64,000 nt of DNA, from contig CM106585.1 in NCBI GenBank assembly GCA_048013815.1, positions 17,670,001 through 17,734,000 on the forward strand. Reading direction: 5' to 3'. Source of the DNA: Setoptus koraiensis. Its lineage: Eukaryota; Animalia; Arthropoda. Shown in pieces: positions 14,701 to 28,587 of this stretch (position 1 is its first letter; the number at the start of each line of letters is the position of its first letter). The notes under the pieces are model-generated. The model searched no databases and had not been told where the DNA came from. It was given only the letters and a program-made list of their open reading frames with translations. Made by a program: the position numbers and the translations under genes.

Positions 14701-16343
14701 TGAGTCACACAGGACACACGATACAGGTACGGCACCCCGATGGGGGCTTGTGATTGCCGGCAGCCGCTTGCCGTGTATCATCATTTTTTATTGGTTTGCT
14801 GTTGGTTTGTAGGCTGCCAGCGACAACAAACAAACGAGAGAGAGAGAGAGAGAGACAATTATTTCAACGCCGCCACCACTGATCGCTGGCAGCAACTTGC
14901 GGCCCGTCGTAACGGTATGCGGCCGCATTACGTAATGATCTCAATATTGGTCACTCGCTGCATCGTGTGCGATTTGCTTGCAACAACTCGTTGCCGGCCG
15001 ACGACACGCACACCGACTTGTGATTCACAAGTTGTGATTCACAAGTTGTGAATCAAATTTTGTGCCAACCCGTTGGCCAAACGTTGCCAATGCGGCATGC
15101 ACGCCAACATCCGGGCGCCATATTGCCAGCGTTTGGCCCGTTGCAATTGGCGTATCAAAGCGGGTCGGATAAGGCAAATTGGATTGGCGCAGTCGGGCGC
15201 CTGACCCCGTGCTTGTCACTCGATCAGTGCGGTTACGTAACAACGGTTATGTTAATAGCATGCCGGGTTTGCCGTAAATTGTAGCAAATAAGTAGCCGTA
15301 ATGATGATAGATGGCGAGGCTCATCGCAGGCGCTTCATCAATGAAATTGTTGGTCTGATTTGTTGAAATTGTTATTTGTTTGTCCGCTTGTTTGCTCGTT
15401 GTTTGTTTGCCTGCTTGTTGCTTGCTGCTAGCCGCATTATGGCATTATGACAGCCAGCATGTGAGCGCGCCTGACAGCTCTCTTTGCAATGTGATCATCC
15501 GATTCTCGACATCTCAAGCCACAATCCGTGCTTATTTGTGGCCTAAATGGACTCGCCAATTGAGAGTTTGTTGCCATTGCGAGCGCTGCAAATGCCAAAA
15601 CAAACTCAATGCGAAACTGAGACGAGACTCGCTTGTTAGCGGACACGACAAAATGGAGACAACGGGCGAAAAAGCAGCCCGACTGCCGATTGCATTACAT
15701 TGAGTCGCGTCGTTTCATTTTGTTGCAATTTGCAGTTTTCGGTTTGCAATTTGAAATTTGCAATTTGCAATCCGCAATTCGCAATTCGCAATCCGCGATT
15801 CGCAACTCTCAGCGACAGCGTCAACAACCCAAAGAGAGTCGCTCTTCGGAAACTGCACTTTTTCTCAGTTTTGAGCCCGTTTCAACCCCTACGGCCTCCA
15901 TACCTGTCTACGGCCGTCTGTGGCCGTCTGTGGCTCGACGTGGCTCCACGCGGCTCGACAACGGAATCAATCAGAGCAAATATCTGCTGTCCGTTGTCCG
16001 TTGTTTGTTATTTGTTTGCGCGACTTGTTGTTATATCGTCCGCTAGGCTATTATATAACAGATAGCTGCCACACAAACGCAACGGTGATGAGTTGATTGA
16101 CTGTCAGAACGGGGTGATCTCGTTCACAGTTGGTGGCCACCTTTTACTAACTGGCTCGTTGCTCTCCTTACATCATCGTTATTATTTATCCTTATTTATC
16201 ACACCTGTCGCCCTCTTCTGGCCAGCTCGCTGCACAACAAGCGACCAAAACTCACCAGGCCACAAGTTCTGGTTGCTGTTGCTCTGAGTTACTCACATCG
16301 AGCAATTGCTCGGTTGGTTTTAATTGCAGTTTGCAACAAACTG

Positions 16344-17105
16344 CTAACTCCACTTGCGACTCGCCAGCCAGTGAGCGGCCACAATTTCGAAGCCAGCCAG
16401 CGCGCCCACAACTGCCAATGTGTGTGCGTGCCCTATGGGCACCGCCACTGTCCAACTGTTGGCTATTCTGTTTGCACTTATCACCAAGAGGCCCGCGCTT
16501 TTCGCCAGCAGACGAACGCTCTTTGCAAAGAGGCCCGTGCAGCTCCGAAAGCTGCGCTCCATGAGGCCGCCCCCTTCGAAGCGACGAGTCCCTTTGATCA
16601 GTCCGATCAGTTCCACCAGTTCCGTCAGTAGATAATATTTGGCCTCTTCTTGCAATTCCAGCAATTCCAATCTGCTCATCAGTCGCAGTCTGGCCTCAAA
16701 GGTGTTCTCGCTAAATTTGTTGTTATCACATGTATTATTAGTGTCACATGTATCATTATTATTGCATGTGTCACTGAGCTCCGAGACACTAGTCACGGTT
16801 GTCGGTGTGGTGGCGGAACTGTCCGTGGACTGACAGTCATAATCGGCCTCGTATCGCAAATAGTTCAATATCAAACTGAACCATTTGGGGTCTCTGTCTA
16901 TCGCTACGGGCCGCTGTCGTATTGTCGACAGGATGGATATTCGATTTCGCGAGGCCAGTCGGAATAGGCGCGAGTGGGGATATTTGACCAGTGAGTCAAA
17001 TGAGCTGCAAAACAAGCGACCGGCCACGTTGAACAGCACAAAGTTGTCGCCCAGACCCATTGTCGAAAACAGCCCGCAATGCTCGTTGCTACTCAATTTA
17101 TCCAT
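16344..17105 (-). CDS. Intronless T1-type BTB/POZ (KCTD family) protein; C-terminus resembles KCTD1/15
   Basis: From Met MDKLSS: FVLFNVAGRLFCSSFDSLVKYPHSRLFRL, AIDRDPKWFSLILNYLR and LELQEEAKYYLLTELVELI are T1-BTB hallmarks. C-terminal LAGFEIVAAH resembles KCTD1/15 RGFEIVGS. A Thr/Asn-rich insert sits inside the BTB domain. Confidence 0.8.
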   Translation of the reverse strand: MDKLSSNEHCGLFSTMGLGDNFVLFNVAGRLFCSSFDSLVKYPHSRLFRLASRNRISILSTIRQRPVAIDRDPKWFSLILNYLRYEADYDCQSTDSSATTPTTVTSVSELSDTCNNNDTCDTNNTCDNNKFSENTFEARLRLMSRLELLELQEEAKYYLLTELVELIGLIKGTRRFEGGGLMERSFRSCTGLFAKSVRLLAKSAGLLVISANRIANSWTVAVPIGHAHTLAVVGALAGFEIVAAHWLASRKWS

Positions 17106-20100
17106 TCTTTTAATTATGCCTGATATCGGATAAAAAATTGTTGTTTCAATAATCCAGCCAACAGGTGAATTTGTGTGCAAGGTGTGATCCCTGTGATGGT
17201 ATTACGACGGATAATATAACATTAATATCACAATAGTGCCATAATACACACATAGTAATATCGTGATGGCGCTATAAAGTTTGCCATAAAGTTTTCACGA
17301 TCATAGGGCTGTGTCAGAGCTCATGAGTCATGAGTGCAGACTGTTTGGTGTGAGTGATGCTTGAGTCGCGTCAGACGATATATCCGTCACATATCCGCTT
17401 AACTGGCGATCAGATCAACGAAGCCGTCGCGCGCTGCAACAATTGCTGCAGCAGCACATTGAATTGATACAGCGGTTGGCGGTGGATAATTGAACAATTG
17501 CTACAATTGCTTGTTGTGAGTTGTTGTAGCAGTTGATTGCCGGCCGAGTAAGATTGTGCGATTTATACATGTAGTTGCATTGTTGTTGTGATTGTCGAGA
17601 CAGCGCGCGTGGACGTTTGTTCGTTTGACGGATCACAATTTGCGATTCACCGATTGCGATTCACCAATTGCGATTCACAGGGGATCCAGACGGGCGAGCG
17701 TGAGCGCGAGAAAACGGATTGCATAAGAGAACGGATAAAGCTGCTCTCTGTTTGATTACTCATGATTGCAAATTACTGTGAGACAGTGCCAATCAATTAA
17801 TCAACTGTTACAATTACAATTGTTGTCATGTTACAACATGATGTTACTAACATGATGTTTTATACAATTTTATATGACGCAACGAGTGGTGGGTTGCCCA
17901 TTTAAATTGATTACTCATTAGCGGCCAACGACAGTGTTGTTGTGGCTGGTAATTACAGTTTGCAATTTGCAATTGTCGCTGTGCAGTTGTTGCCGTTGTG
18001 CGGTTGTCGTTGTGCGGTTGCCGTTGTGCGGTTGCCGTTGTAACAGTTGGCTCCTCGATCAGTTGCAGTTTACCGTTACATAACGCCATTGATTAGTTGT
18101 AGCATTGTTGTTGACGCCAGGCCCGAGGCGTCTTAATTATTCCAACACTGAGATGGATATTGGCTATTTTTGCCAGCGAGTGTGTGTTGTGTGGTTGCAA
18201 ATTGCAACGGTTTGATTGTTATGAGTTAGTTAGTTAGTTAGTTACAACAAGTTACAGGTAACGATTGTTGATTCGCACAACACAGTCGTGTGCAGATAAA
18301 GCGAATGTAGATCTGAAATAATTATTTTTGTGCGTAGGCAACTGCAGTTTGGCTCATCAATTAGATTATCAATGGGTGATGGTCACTATCTGCCTGAATG
18401 GCCTAGCCATAGTCAGCTGTTTTTGTGCTGACCTTACTTGTCTTTGGCTTCATCTCTGCGTCTCTGCGTCTCGTTGGCCGCTTGTCTCTTGAAATGGCAA
18501 GTGATTTACCTGGCCGGCAACAAGTGTTGGCACAGGTGAGCTCGACGCTCGACGCTCGTCGCTTGTCGATTGTCGAGCAAACAACAGACTGCGAACTGAA
18601 CAGAGACACAACGACCAACTCTTTGTTTTTGTCTCTCTCTCTCGCTCGCTCGTTTGTGTGTCGTCTCTGCGGCCAGCAGTCAGTCATTGGTTGAGATTGA
18701 TTGATGATTCTCGCTTCTTATCTCTCTCTGAGTCTCGCCAATCTCAGGTGAGTCGCCGCTCAGGTGAGTCGCCGCTCAGAAGAGTCGCCGCTGAGAGGAG
18801 TCGATGCAGCAGTGGCGCCAGCAACAAGCATAGAAATGGAAATGGAAATTGCCTCTGTCTGTGGCCTCTGCCTATCGAGTCAACAGTGTGTATTAGACAG
18901 TGTGTAGTATATGCCAGATAGACGGCCAGCGACACACAAATCGTTGTGGCGGCATCTTGGCGACGGAGGGCCGGCAGCCACTGCTAAGCTGGCATGTTCA
19001 TTAAAAGTGGATTACAACAACACTTCATTTTAGCCTTATGCCAACGAATACACACACAAACAATCAATGGGCACACAATTGATTTCCTCCTTCTTTTATC
19101 GCTCTCGCTCTTCCATTTGTAATCTTGACGTTCCCACGATTCGCGCACTCACCTGTCGCTTCTCAGATCTTTACTTTCGGCTGTTGCGCTGTCGAGAGGC
19201 ATCTCTCGATCGCCCGATCGCTCGTTCTTCCGATCGTTCGAGCGTTCGTTCGTTCGTTCGTTCGTTCGTTCGTTCGTTCGAGCGTTCGTTAGTTCGAACG
19301 GCCGAACGGCCGAACGCTCGCTCGTTCGATCGCTATCGATCGCATCCGGCCAGACGCACGGGTCACTACAATAGACCAGCGCACCAATACACTCATCCGC
19401 ATTGAGTCTTGATCTTGCTCAATGCAAGTTGCATTGCTCAGCGCGAGCAACTGACCCAACATCGCGAATATTGGCGCGAATATTGGCGCGAATATTGGCG
19501 TGAATATCGAACGAGAAAGTTGGCTCGATCTGGCCAATTTCGGCCGCCGATAGCCGGTGATTCGAGCAGCGATCTGTCTCGCGAATCGCGATCGAATGGA
19601 CACTGTCCACTGGCGAGATATTGAGATTTGTCCGTTGCGAGCGATCGGTCAAGCGGCACAATAGCCATTGAGACCGTTGGACGGGCCAGCTCGGCGTTGT
19701 TAGCTTACAATGCGAATGACGCTCATGACGATCTCAGATAATGAGTCTGCGAGCAACAATTTGAGCATGAATACGCAATGAATGCAGCGACAAAGGCAAC
19801 CACGCCAACAACAGCAACAGCAACAACAGCAACCGCCGAGAAGAATAATGGCAACAAAACGACATGATTAATAATCAATGAAAGTGTGTAATTTATTTTT
19901 AATTGGTCGCCATCATCGAAGCGCCGAATCCTCGCCGGTCGCCGACGCACGGTAACAAGCTATTAGTAATGGCACCGATTGGCCAGACTAATTAATCATT
20001 ACATTATTATCGTTATTATTATTACCATTGCCATTATCATGTTTGGCTGGCATTGGCCCACAGCTCGGCTCATTAGAGACAACTCATTAGGGATGACTTT

Positions 20101-23100
20101 TCGGCTTGCCTCGCTTCTCGCTCTCGCTCTCGTTCGCTGTTGTGCCTGTGTCTTGTCTCGTCCCATTCTCTGCTCTGTCGCTCTCTGTTCTCGCTCCCTT
20201 CTGGCCACTTGTTGACCTATGAGACTCGTAGTACGAGTGCAATTGTTGCATAACAATACTCGTCTGCTCGCGGCCTGCAACTTACAGCTTGTTGCGCGCT
20301 GCAACAACCACAACAACTGGCCCCTCTTCTCGTGCAACCATTCTCAGAATGGTCGTCGCAACTGCTGCCGCCGCCGCCGCAATTTGTGATAGCGCAATCT
20401 GTAATTTATTGGCAAATTATTAATTGCCAATTAGCAATCGCTGTGTCTCTGTATCGCTGCGTCTCACAGCAACTTGTCAGCCAGCTTTATGCTCTGTCGG
20501 CCCGACAGGTAACCAAATGAGAAGCGTTCGGCTTCTCGCCGTAACAATCTCGCGTATAAATCACGCTCCTTTGTTGCTTGTCACTTGCAAGTTACAAGTT
20601 ACAAGTTGCAAGTTACGAGCTGCAAGTTGCAAGTTGTAACAACTGCCAGACGAAATCGGATTGCGTCGACCAGGCAATATATTGCACGCAATTGCATTTA
20701 TTGCGAGGCATCTAAAGACGCAGATCAATTTGCATAGAACGGTGGGGCCCGTTCTATTATTAATAGATACACACCCACGGCCATTGCAACAATTGATGGC
20801 CGATTCTTGGCTCAGATAAGCACTCTCATGGCTCAAGGCTCCTCAATAGAGACTTCACCGAGGGTATAAGCGACGCAGATTATCATTTAGCTGGCTTGCC
20901 AAGTGCCGACAGCTTGCCGTTCGTACACAAAATCGTATCGTATAAAGGCCGCATTTTGTCGAAATGCCATAGAAAAAAACGCACTGCTAAGTCCCCTTAA
21001 ATACCGATTGTTCGATATGTGTCAAGAGATAATTTCTAGCAATGAACAGGGTGCTAGAATGCGCCTTTTTTGCAAGCAAGGATTCGCGCTTTTGTTTGCT
21101 TTAGCCGCTATATTTTGCTGTATCTAGCCAAAATTTGCCTCAGTGGCTCGCTGTCCACTCATGGGTCCGCTCATTCAAATAATACAGTATTGTCTAGAAT
21201 GCGCGTTATTGGAATTGGTTGCAAAGAAGCGAAAGAAAGAAGCCTTAAGCTCCTTTCAGCAATCTTCTTTTCGATTTGTCCCGAAAATAGCCTTACTCCT
21301 CTTATTGGGAGGTGACCCTAATAATAGCGACTAAATAAATAACGCACAATTTAAATTGTTATTGGGATTAAATTGAGCACTTTGGGCTCCCTTTGTTGGC
21401 CTGTTGCGTCGTCCATTTAGAGTTGCTTTGTTGCATTGTTCAGAGGGAGAGTTTTTTCTCCTATTTATCTCATTGGTCGTCTTTGTCTTACCATGACCGT
21501 CGCCAATATATCACCAATACATGATGCTGGCTATACATGGCAAGTCTGTCTGTCTCGGGTATCTCTGAGCCAGCCAGCAGCAGCAAAGTTTATTGACTCT
21601 TCTAAACTCTTCCACTGGGCTTTTTGCGAGTGTGCTGGCTAAGCTCTATTTGTTCTAGATGTCAATGGGATTAAATGACAGCCAGTATCGAGTTGGGCTG
21701 CCTCGAAGCATCCATTGTCTCAAGAATTAAATTGAATGAGAGTGATGACGGCTGGCATCAGTTGCATAACAGCAATCTTAGCCGTTATGTTCGTTAGCTT
21801 GCGACTTGTCGTCGTTTCGTCCAATTCTGGCCAGACAGCGCAAACAGATGCAACCAGCACAAACTGACAACAATGCATTATAAACAAGACTAAAGTGACC
21901 AACCGCAACAAAGTTAAAAATACCAATTCGCTCATTACGACCACCAGATATTTGGTGTGTCGTCCAATAATACAAACTTATCATTTAAACTTGGCATCAC
22001 TTGCACTCAAGTGAGTCGAGTTAACAGTTATTTTTATTATTGTTATTTGACAGTGACTTGGCCCAACTCAGCACACTCTCCTTTTTTTTCGGCTTTTCGT
22101 CGCCGATGACACAGTGAAAAGTGCGAATATCCCAATTTTCCAATTTTGTTTTTTTTCTGTTTGTTGCAACTTGCAACGATAACATGACTCTACTAGAGCA
22201 GGTAAGAACAAAAAAAAATCGTCAATTTGATCATGTCTACTGTGATCGTGTATGTCACAAATTTTAATTGGAATGAGTGAATATACACTGAACTGCATCA
22301 CTGAACCAACCAGAATGGGCGCAAAAAGATGTGATTTTTTTCTCATTTTCCAAATTAGTTATGGGCAAACGAATTATGTTTTCTCGATCCCCAGAAACAG
22401 GAAAATGCAAAAGGAGCAGAGTGAGGTCGCAATTGGGAGATTTGCCTTGTCAGTGTTAATTTTGTTCGGCCTCAACTGCGTGCTTGATGAAGAGCATGAC
22501 TCAATCATTATCACTAGCACCATTCGGCTTGCTGTGGGAGGCTTATCGAAATGTGATGCAATGTATTCTAATGCAGTTCGAATGAGCTCCAACTGACCAC
22601 TCATTATCGGCGTTGCTGGGCAGCTCTGGGTGCCGACTAACAAGCACGCGATGCACTTGTTGTTGGTGTTGTTGTTTGGTGTTGCTGTCTGGTGTGGCCG
22701 TGGTGCCAACAGCAACAACCACCACAACAACAGCAACAACAGCAACAACAGCAACAGCGGCAACAGCGGCAACAGCAGCACGGATACACAAGAGTCCGAT
22801 TATGATCATGACGGTCGCATCTCTCATATCAATTGATATGGGTTGGTATGATGCAGTGTAGACTTTACCTGTCCACTGGCCAGTCGCCGGTCAGTTTGCA
22901 CGCCAACCAACTGGCCAACGGTGTCAGTCTGGCCAGTTTGGCCGGCAAGTGGCAACAGCAATTGCACTATTTCGACAAATACTCACTTAAATATGTTTGC
23001 TGTCGCTACAACTATCGCTGCCACTATTGCATGCAAACACCAATTCTCGTTGCGTCTCGTCTCGTCTCGTTTTATTGGCTAGGCGTCAACACATCTCATC

Positions 23101-26100
23101 ATTGAGCAACTTGGTTGAGCTTGTTACGCAACAACTGGCGTCTATTACATAACCACGGCCAGCTGACACAAGTGAAATAGAGATAAATTAGTGTTTGGTG
23201 TTTGCATTGTTTATATTGGCGCTGGCGTGCAACACGCAACTTGCCACTGCCCACTCGCCTGTCGCAAGTTGCAACAAATACCCTGGCATTTGTTGCAATT
23301 TGTTAAAAGTTATAACTTGTTGTCATAAGTTATCTCTGTCGTGGCATTGCCGTTCTCGTTACAGGTATTTGGTATTTGCGGCCGGGCCTTACATTACACA
23401 CTGACCGCTACAGCGAGCCCGATCCGCGTTAACATAGCGGACAGCGGCGCACCCGGCGCCACCACTGCGCCACCGTAATGCAGCAATAAACTTGAGCCTC
23501 GACTGATCATACCGAAACGGGCAAAATCGGCTGTAGCCGTGCGATAGAATGGCGCACCGCTACAGCCGATGACCACTGGTCATGTCAATGTCTGCCGGCC
23601 GAAGCAGCCTGTTGCAACAGGTTGGCGAGTGGCTCGAAAATATTGATGGATGCCCTGACGTGTCTCGCCATGCGACCGCCGTAAAATCAAAACAAATCCC
23701 TTGCCCGACTCGCCCGGCTCCAATCGGCCGGCCAGCTGTCGTGTCGCTGCCGGCAACAACAATGTGTGATCTACTTTCAGCGGCTTCTCAACTCTTGATT
23801 TTGCTCGCAATTCTCAGCGATTCTCGCAACGATTCTGGCGACCATTCGCGCAGCGATTCTCGCAGCAGTTTGTGTGTAAACAGACGACACGTCAACTGTG
23901 ATTTGGCCGTGGCTGGCCGATTGCATCGTCACAAATGGCAGCCCCACAAATGCGGCAGCATCGCGAATGGCAGCATCACAAATGGCAGCATCACAAGTGA
24001 CAGCGGCTCGTTACGTAACTTGCGCATTGGCTGGTCATCGCGGCCGAGCTGCCATTGTCGGCGTTGTCGGCGTTGTCGATGTAGCGACATGCAGGCGAGC
24101 TAAGCGTGTGAGATATGTGCGCCAAGAGTGCGTTGCACTCTCTCGTTGGCTGCTGCTTTGGCCACTCGTTTATGCACTTGCGCCGCTGACCACTGGCGCA
24201 AGTAAATCACTCGCTCACACCAAACAAGCCAACGCTGACCGATGACACAACAGGTGAGTGGACAGGTGAGACTGGAATCGGAAAGAGCCAGTTGTCAGTG
24301 GTGGCCAGTGTAACAACACAATCATCAGCTGCTTATTTGTGCGGAACAATCGGCTGCCAAACAACATTGCGCCATCTGTCGCTGCTGGCGCCGTCTGGTC
24401 GTCGCGTAATCCCGATCCCCTCGCAATCTGTCCAATAATCTGTGCCCCGTCTTTTTGGCCCATTGCGGCCAATATTGCAGCCATTTGCAGCACAATCAGG
24501 TGCATCATGCGCATCATTAGATTTGCATCAGATTTGTAGCCCTCGTCACTGAACGCATCGTCAATTCAATGCGCTCAATTGACAGCAAATGGAAATTTGC
24601 TCTCTTTAGCGGGTGCCAATGCCAATACGAGCAAGCAACAAGCAAGTAAAATCGAGCTCAGTTTTCAACTTGCTGCTGGTCACTTTTGGATGGCGCAAAA
24701 AGTATTATGAAAGTCAAAATTCGGCAATCGAGTTCAACAATTGCAACTGTCGGCGATTGTGTGATTATCGCTGCTGCTGCTGCTGTCGTTTTCAGCAACA
24801 GGCGAGAGAGTTATGCAACAAACTGGCCTCGCTCGGCCGACTCGACAAGCAATGTGAACAGTTCAGCTTGAACTTGACCGTCGCCGTCAAACGCCGGCAC
24901 AACAACAAGGCACAGCAATGACACCATTGCAACAGCGACAAGTCAAATCGACTTATTTCAATCATTATTGTTGTTGTTGTTGTTATTATGGCCGCTTGGA
25001 ATGCACCTGTCTGGCCAATGGCATTAGTACAGGCAGTGTCCATAGGCAGTGTATGCGTGGCCGACGACAATGCGGCCTCACTTGTTCTCTTTTCTTCCGT
25101 GCATCAATCGCATTTATTATATGATATTATATAATAATGATATGATGATATTACATAATATTACATAATATCATATAAGAGACGCTCGCAACATCCGCTT
25201 ACCGACGACACGCATTGTGGGACAGCAGCACTGCTCACAGTGGCCATCGGAATGCCGCTTGCAATGTGTTAAATCTGCCAGCTTGCACTGTCTACTGTCC
25301 ACTGTTGCAAGTTGCAACAATCTAATTGCTGTTGCTGCATAACTTACATACATACATACATTTCATTACATAATGTGTCCTATGTAATGATTGTGCAACA
25401 GTGGTAACAGTTGCACTGTTGCAAATGACAACAAGTGCAAATCAATCATCACAGCGGCACCTTTTGTTAGTAAACATAAATGTTATTTATATCATTTAAT
25501 GTGTGTATCCATCACCAGACACGCAGCTGATGCAATTGCAGTGACAATGTATGGTCAAATATTCTAATCTTCTATTGCGCAACATCTCATACTAACATTA
25601 AAAGCTTATACACAGATAGTATGAGATATAAGAAGTTGCGCAATACAGCGCAACATCTCACTGGTAGTTGCGCAATCATTGTTCTGTTGCCAATTGCAGC
25701 AGCTGTTTCAAGACAAATTGTCTGACAATTGTGAGACAATGCAATTGCCAACATTGCATTACAACATGACGCAATGTGTTATAAGACTCTTATACTGTTA
25801 TAAGAATCATAACAGTTATAGCAGTTTTAACAGTCACAAGAGTCTTAGGAGAAACCATCAATCAAACACGCGCCAACGTCAATGCTGGCCACTAATGTAC
25901 CGTTAATTATACCAACGCTACATTGACGCCTCACCTGTCCACTTGGTGCGCTACCTGCGGCCGTCAGTGAGTTATGATGGCAGCTAGGCAGCACAAAAGC
26001 GCCGCTTCCGATCAGCTGACAATGACGTTTGTCATTGTCAGCTGATAAGTTTGTGTTCGTTTGCAGTTCATTTGTGCAATTGGCCAACACATCGGCAGCC

Positions 26101-28482
26101 ATTGTGTCGTCTGGCGTGCAATTGACATTTGCAATGGCAGCCAATGGACGGCGCATGCAAGCTGTGGCGAGCTAACCAACCAAGACAATATGACAGTAAG
26201 ACAATATGATTGATCATTTCACCGATATCACTAACAGGTGCCCGATGTGTTTTACGCAACGGCGAGCGCAACAGCGACGACAAAATAAAATCAATTGGAT
26301 TCACTGCAAGCCGATCAAAACGATAGGACAAAAACAATAGACGATCGAGCAAAACTCTCGCTTGTGGCTGGCTCACATTATCGATTATGATACCATCGAT
26401 TTGTGTATCGGTCGCCGATCGACGGACAGATCGGCGTTTGTTGTTGCTGGCTGATGGCCGACGGTTGCATTGTTTTCAGCCAGAGGCATTCCATTTGAGA
26501 GCGCTCATTTGATTTGCTGGCGAGTGGATTAATTCAAGGCCTCAATTAAATGCCAGCTTGCCCACGAACACGATAATGCGATATGTAATGTATGCAAATG
26601 CGCTCACTCTCACACTCTGGCAGCCAGAGATTTGCTTGCCATTTGCGAGTTGTGATCTTGACGAGTTGCCATTCGCCATTCAGCTTGCCAACCAGCGTCC
26701 AGAGAGACACAAACGGATGAATACAAAATACACACATGTATCAATCAATACATGTGGGCCGGCGCTTTTATCCGTTAACTTTTAAGACCAAACCAGCGCT
26801 GGCTCGCCAATTTGGTCTTAATGCGCGCTCACAAATTGCGAGTGTGCACAGTTGTCACACAACAACAGGCAAATCAGTGTGACCGAATCGCCGGCCGCCA
26901 GCCACTGCCAATTGCATATTCTCATACATCTTCTGTCGGAATTTGGCGGATAAATTTGGCCTGGCGAGCCGCAGATCCCTGGCGAGCGACAGAGCAAGCC
27001 AATGGCTGCAACTTGCAGCCTGCAAGTTATCTGGCCTCGCAACTGGCGAGTCGCAACTTGTCAAACCGCCAGAGCATATCTCTTGGCCTCTTTTATTATT
27101 ATTAGCAGATATTATTAGCGATACATTATTGGCAACAGGTGATCTCGCATTGGCATGCGTAGTCCGACCAAATTTGTGAATTATTCAATACTATACTTAG
27201 GCAACAGACTGTCTCACAGACTGTGAGTCACAGTTGAACGGAGCCGCTGTTGCGATAATTTGCTTACTCTCATAAGTCCGAAATAAAGTGTCCGCGAATA
27301 CGCGAAATTCTCGGCTCACAAGGTCACCCGATATTCACCTGATATTAACCTGATACCGACACACCGATATTAACATATCATCTGTTCGTGGGGGATCGAT
27401 ACTATTTTTTTTATTTCGGATTTTATTTTCTTATTTTACCATGTCGGCACGCTCGCCATGCTCGCCAGAACGAACGACTGAATATCAAATATAAAGAGTC
27501 GGTCCGGTGTGTTTAGCTGGCTGTTTAGCAAGCGGCTCGTAGCGCCGACACAGCGCTAATTAATAATTAAACACGACATTACGTGCCTGTCTGGCTGTCA
27601 CAAGTTGCGTCGGACGCGAACAAAAATGAAATCATAATTACAATGTGTCCTCTTTGTGTTGCTTACTTATTATCGCTCTCACAGCGCTCACTGGCAGCCG
27701 GTCAGTGTCGGCCGGCCAGCCATTTGCATATTGGCAAGATCGTATCGATGAGCGAGCGACCAATGAACGAACGAACGAACGAATGAATGACAACCCAAAA
27801 TCAACAGCAACGCCAACAGCAACAAGTGGCGACCGCCCGCCAGCAATCGCTGACACGTCGACAAGCGTCAGTATGACCGTTATACTATAACGGTTGTGTT
27901 ATTTGTTGCATAATGCTTCTCGCTGGCTACAAATGGCGGTGCGCATTGTCAGCGCAAACAATATGCTGCATATGCGGTCGTTGTTGTTGCTGTTGTCGTC
28001 GTTGTTGTTGTTTGCGCTGACTGGCGCTGTCGGCGATGACGAGCACGATGGCACGACAGCGACAGTCCAATTTGCATGCCTTTGTCAGTGGGCATTGTTT
28101 GCACTGTTGCGCAACTTCCTTTTGTCAATTGCGAGGATCCGTTGCGAGCGCTCTGTTTGCCGTGTTGCCAGCGCAGTGCTGGCAACACGGCGAGGGATTT
28201 TATTTGTTATTTGAATTATTTGAATTATCTGAAAAATGAAACTACCGCAATTCAACACTCGCTGTTCAACGCCGACGGCTGGCGACATCGGCCGAGCGGC
28301 GATATTGTCAAAAGAACTCAACAATATTTGCACAATCACTCTCACCTGTGCACCACTCGTTGGGTTGACCAACGAGTCGCCTGTTGTGTGTCCATCGGTG
28401 TTATTTATATTTTTAAATTGCATTTTGCAAACGATTGTTCGATTGCTCTTTGCTTTTTGCACCGTTGCACATTGGAACCACC

Positions 28483-28587
28483 AAAGAACCAGAGAACCAG
28501 AGAACCAGAGAACCAAAGAACCAAAGAACCAAAGAACCAAAGAACCAAAGAAGCGAAGAACCAAAGAACCAAAGAAGCGAAGAACCG
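28483..28587. repeat. 8-bp minisatellite (A[AG]AGAACC)n
   Basis: Direct reading: agagaacc/aaagaacc units with occasional variants. Confidence 0.85.
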
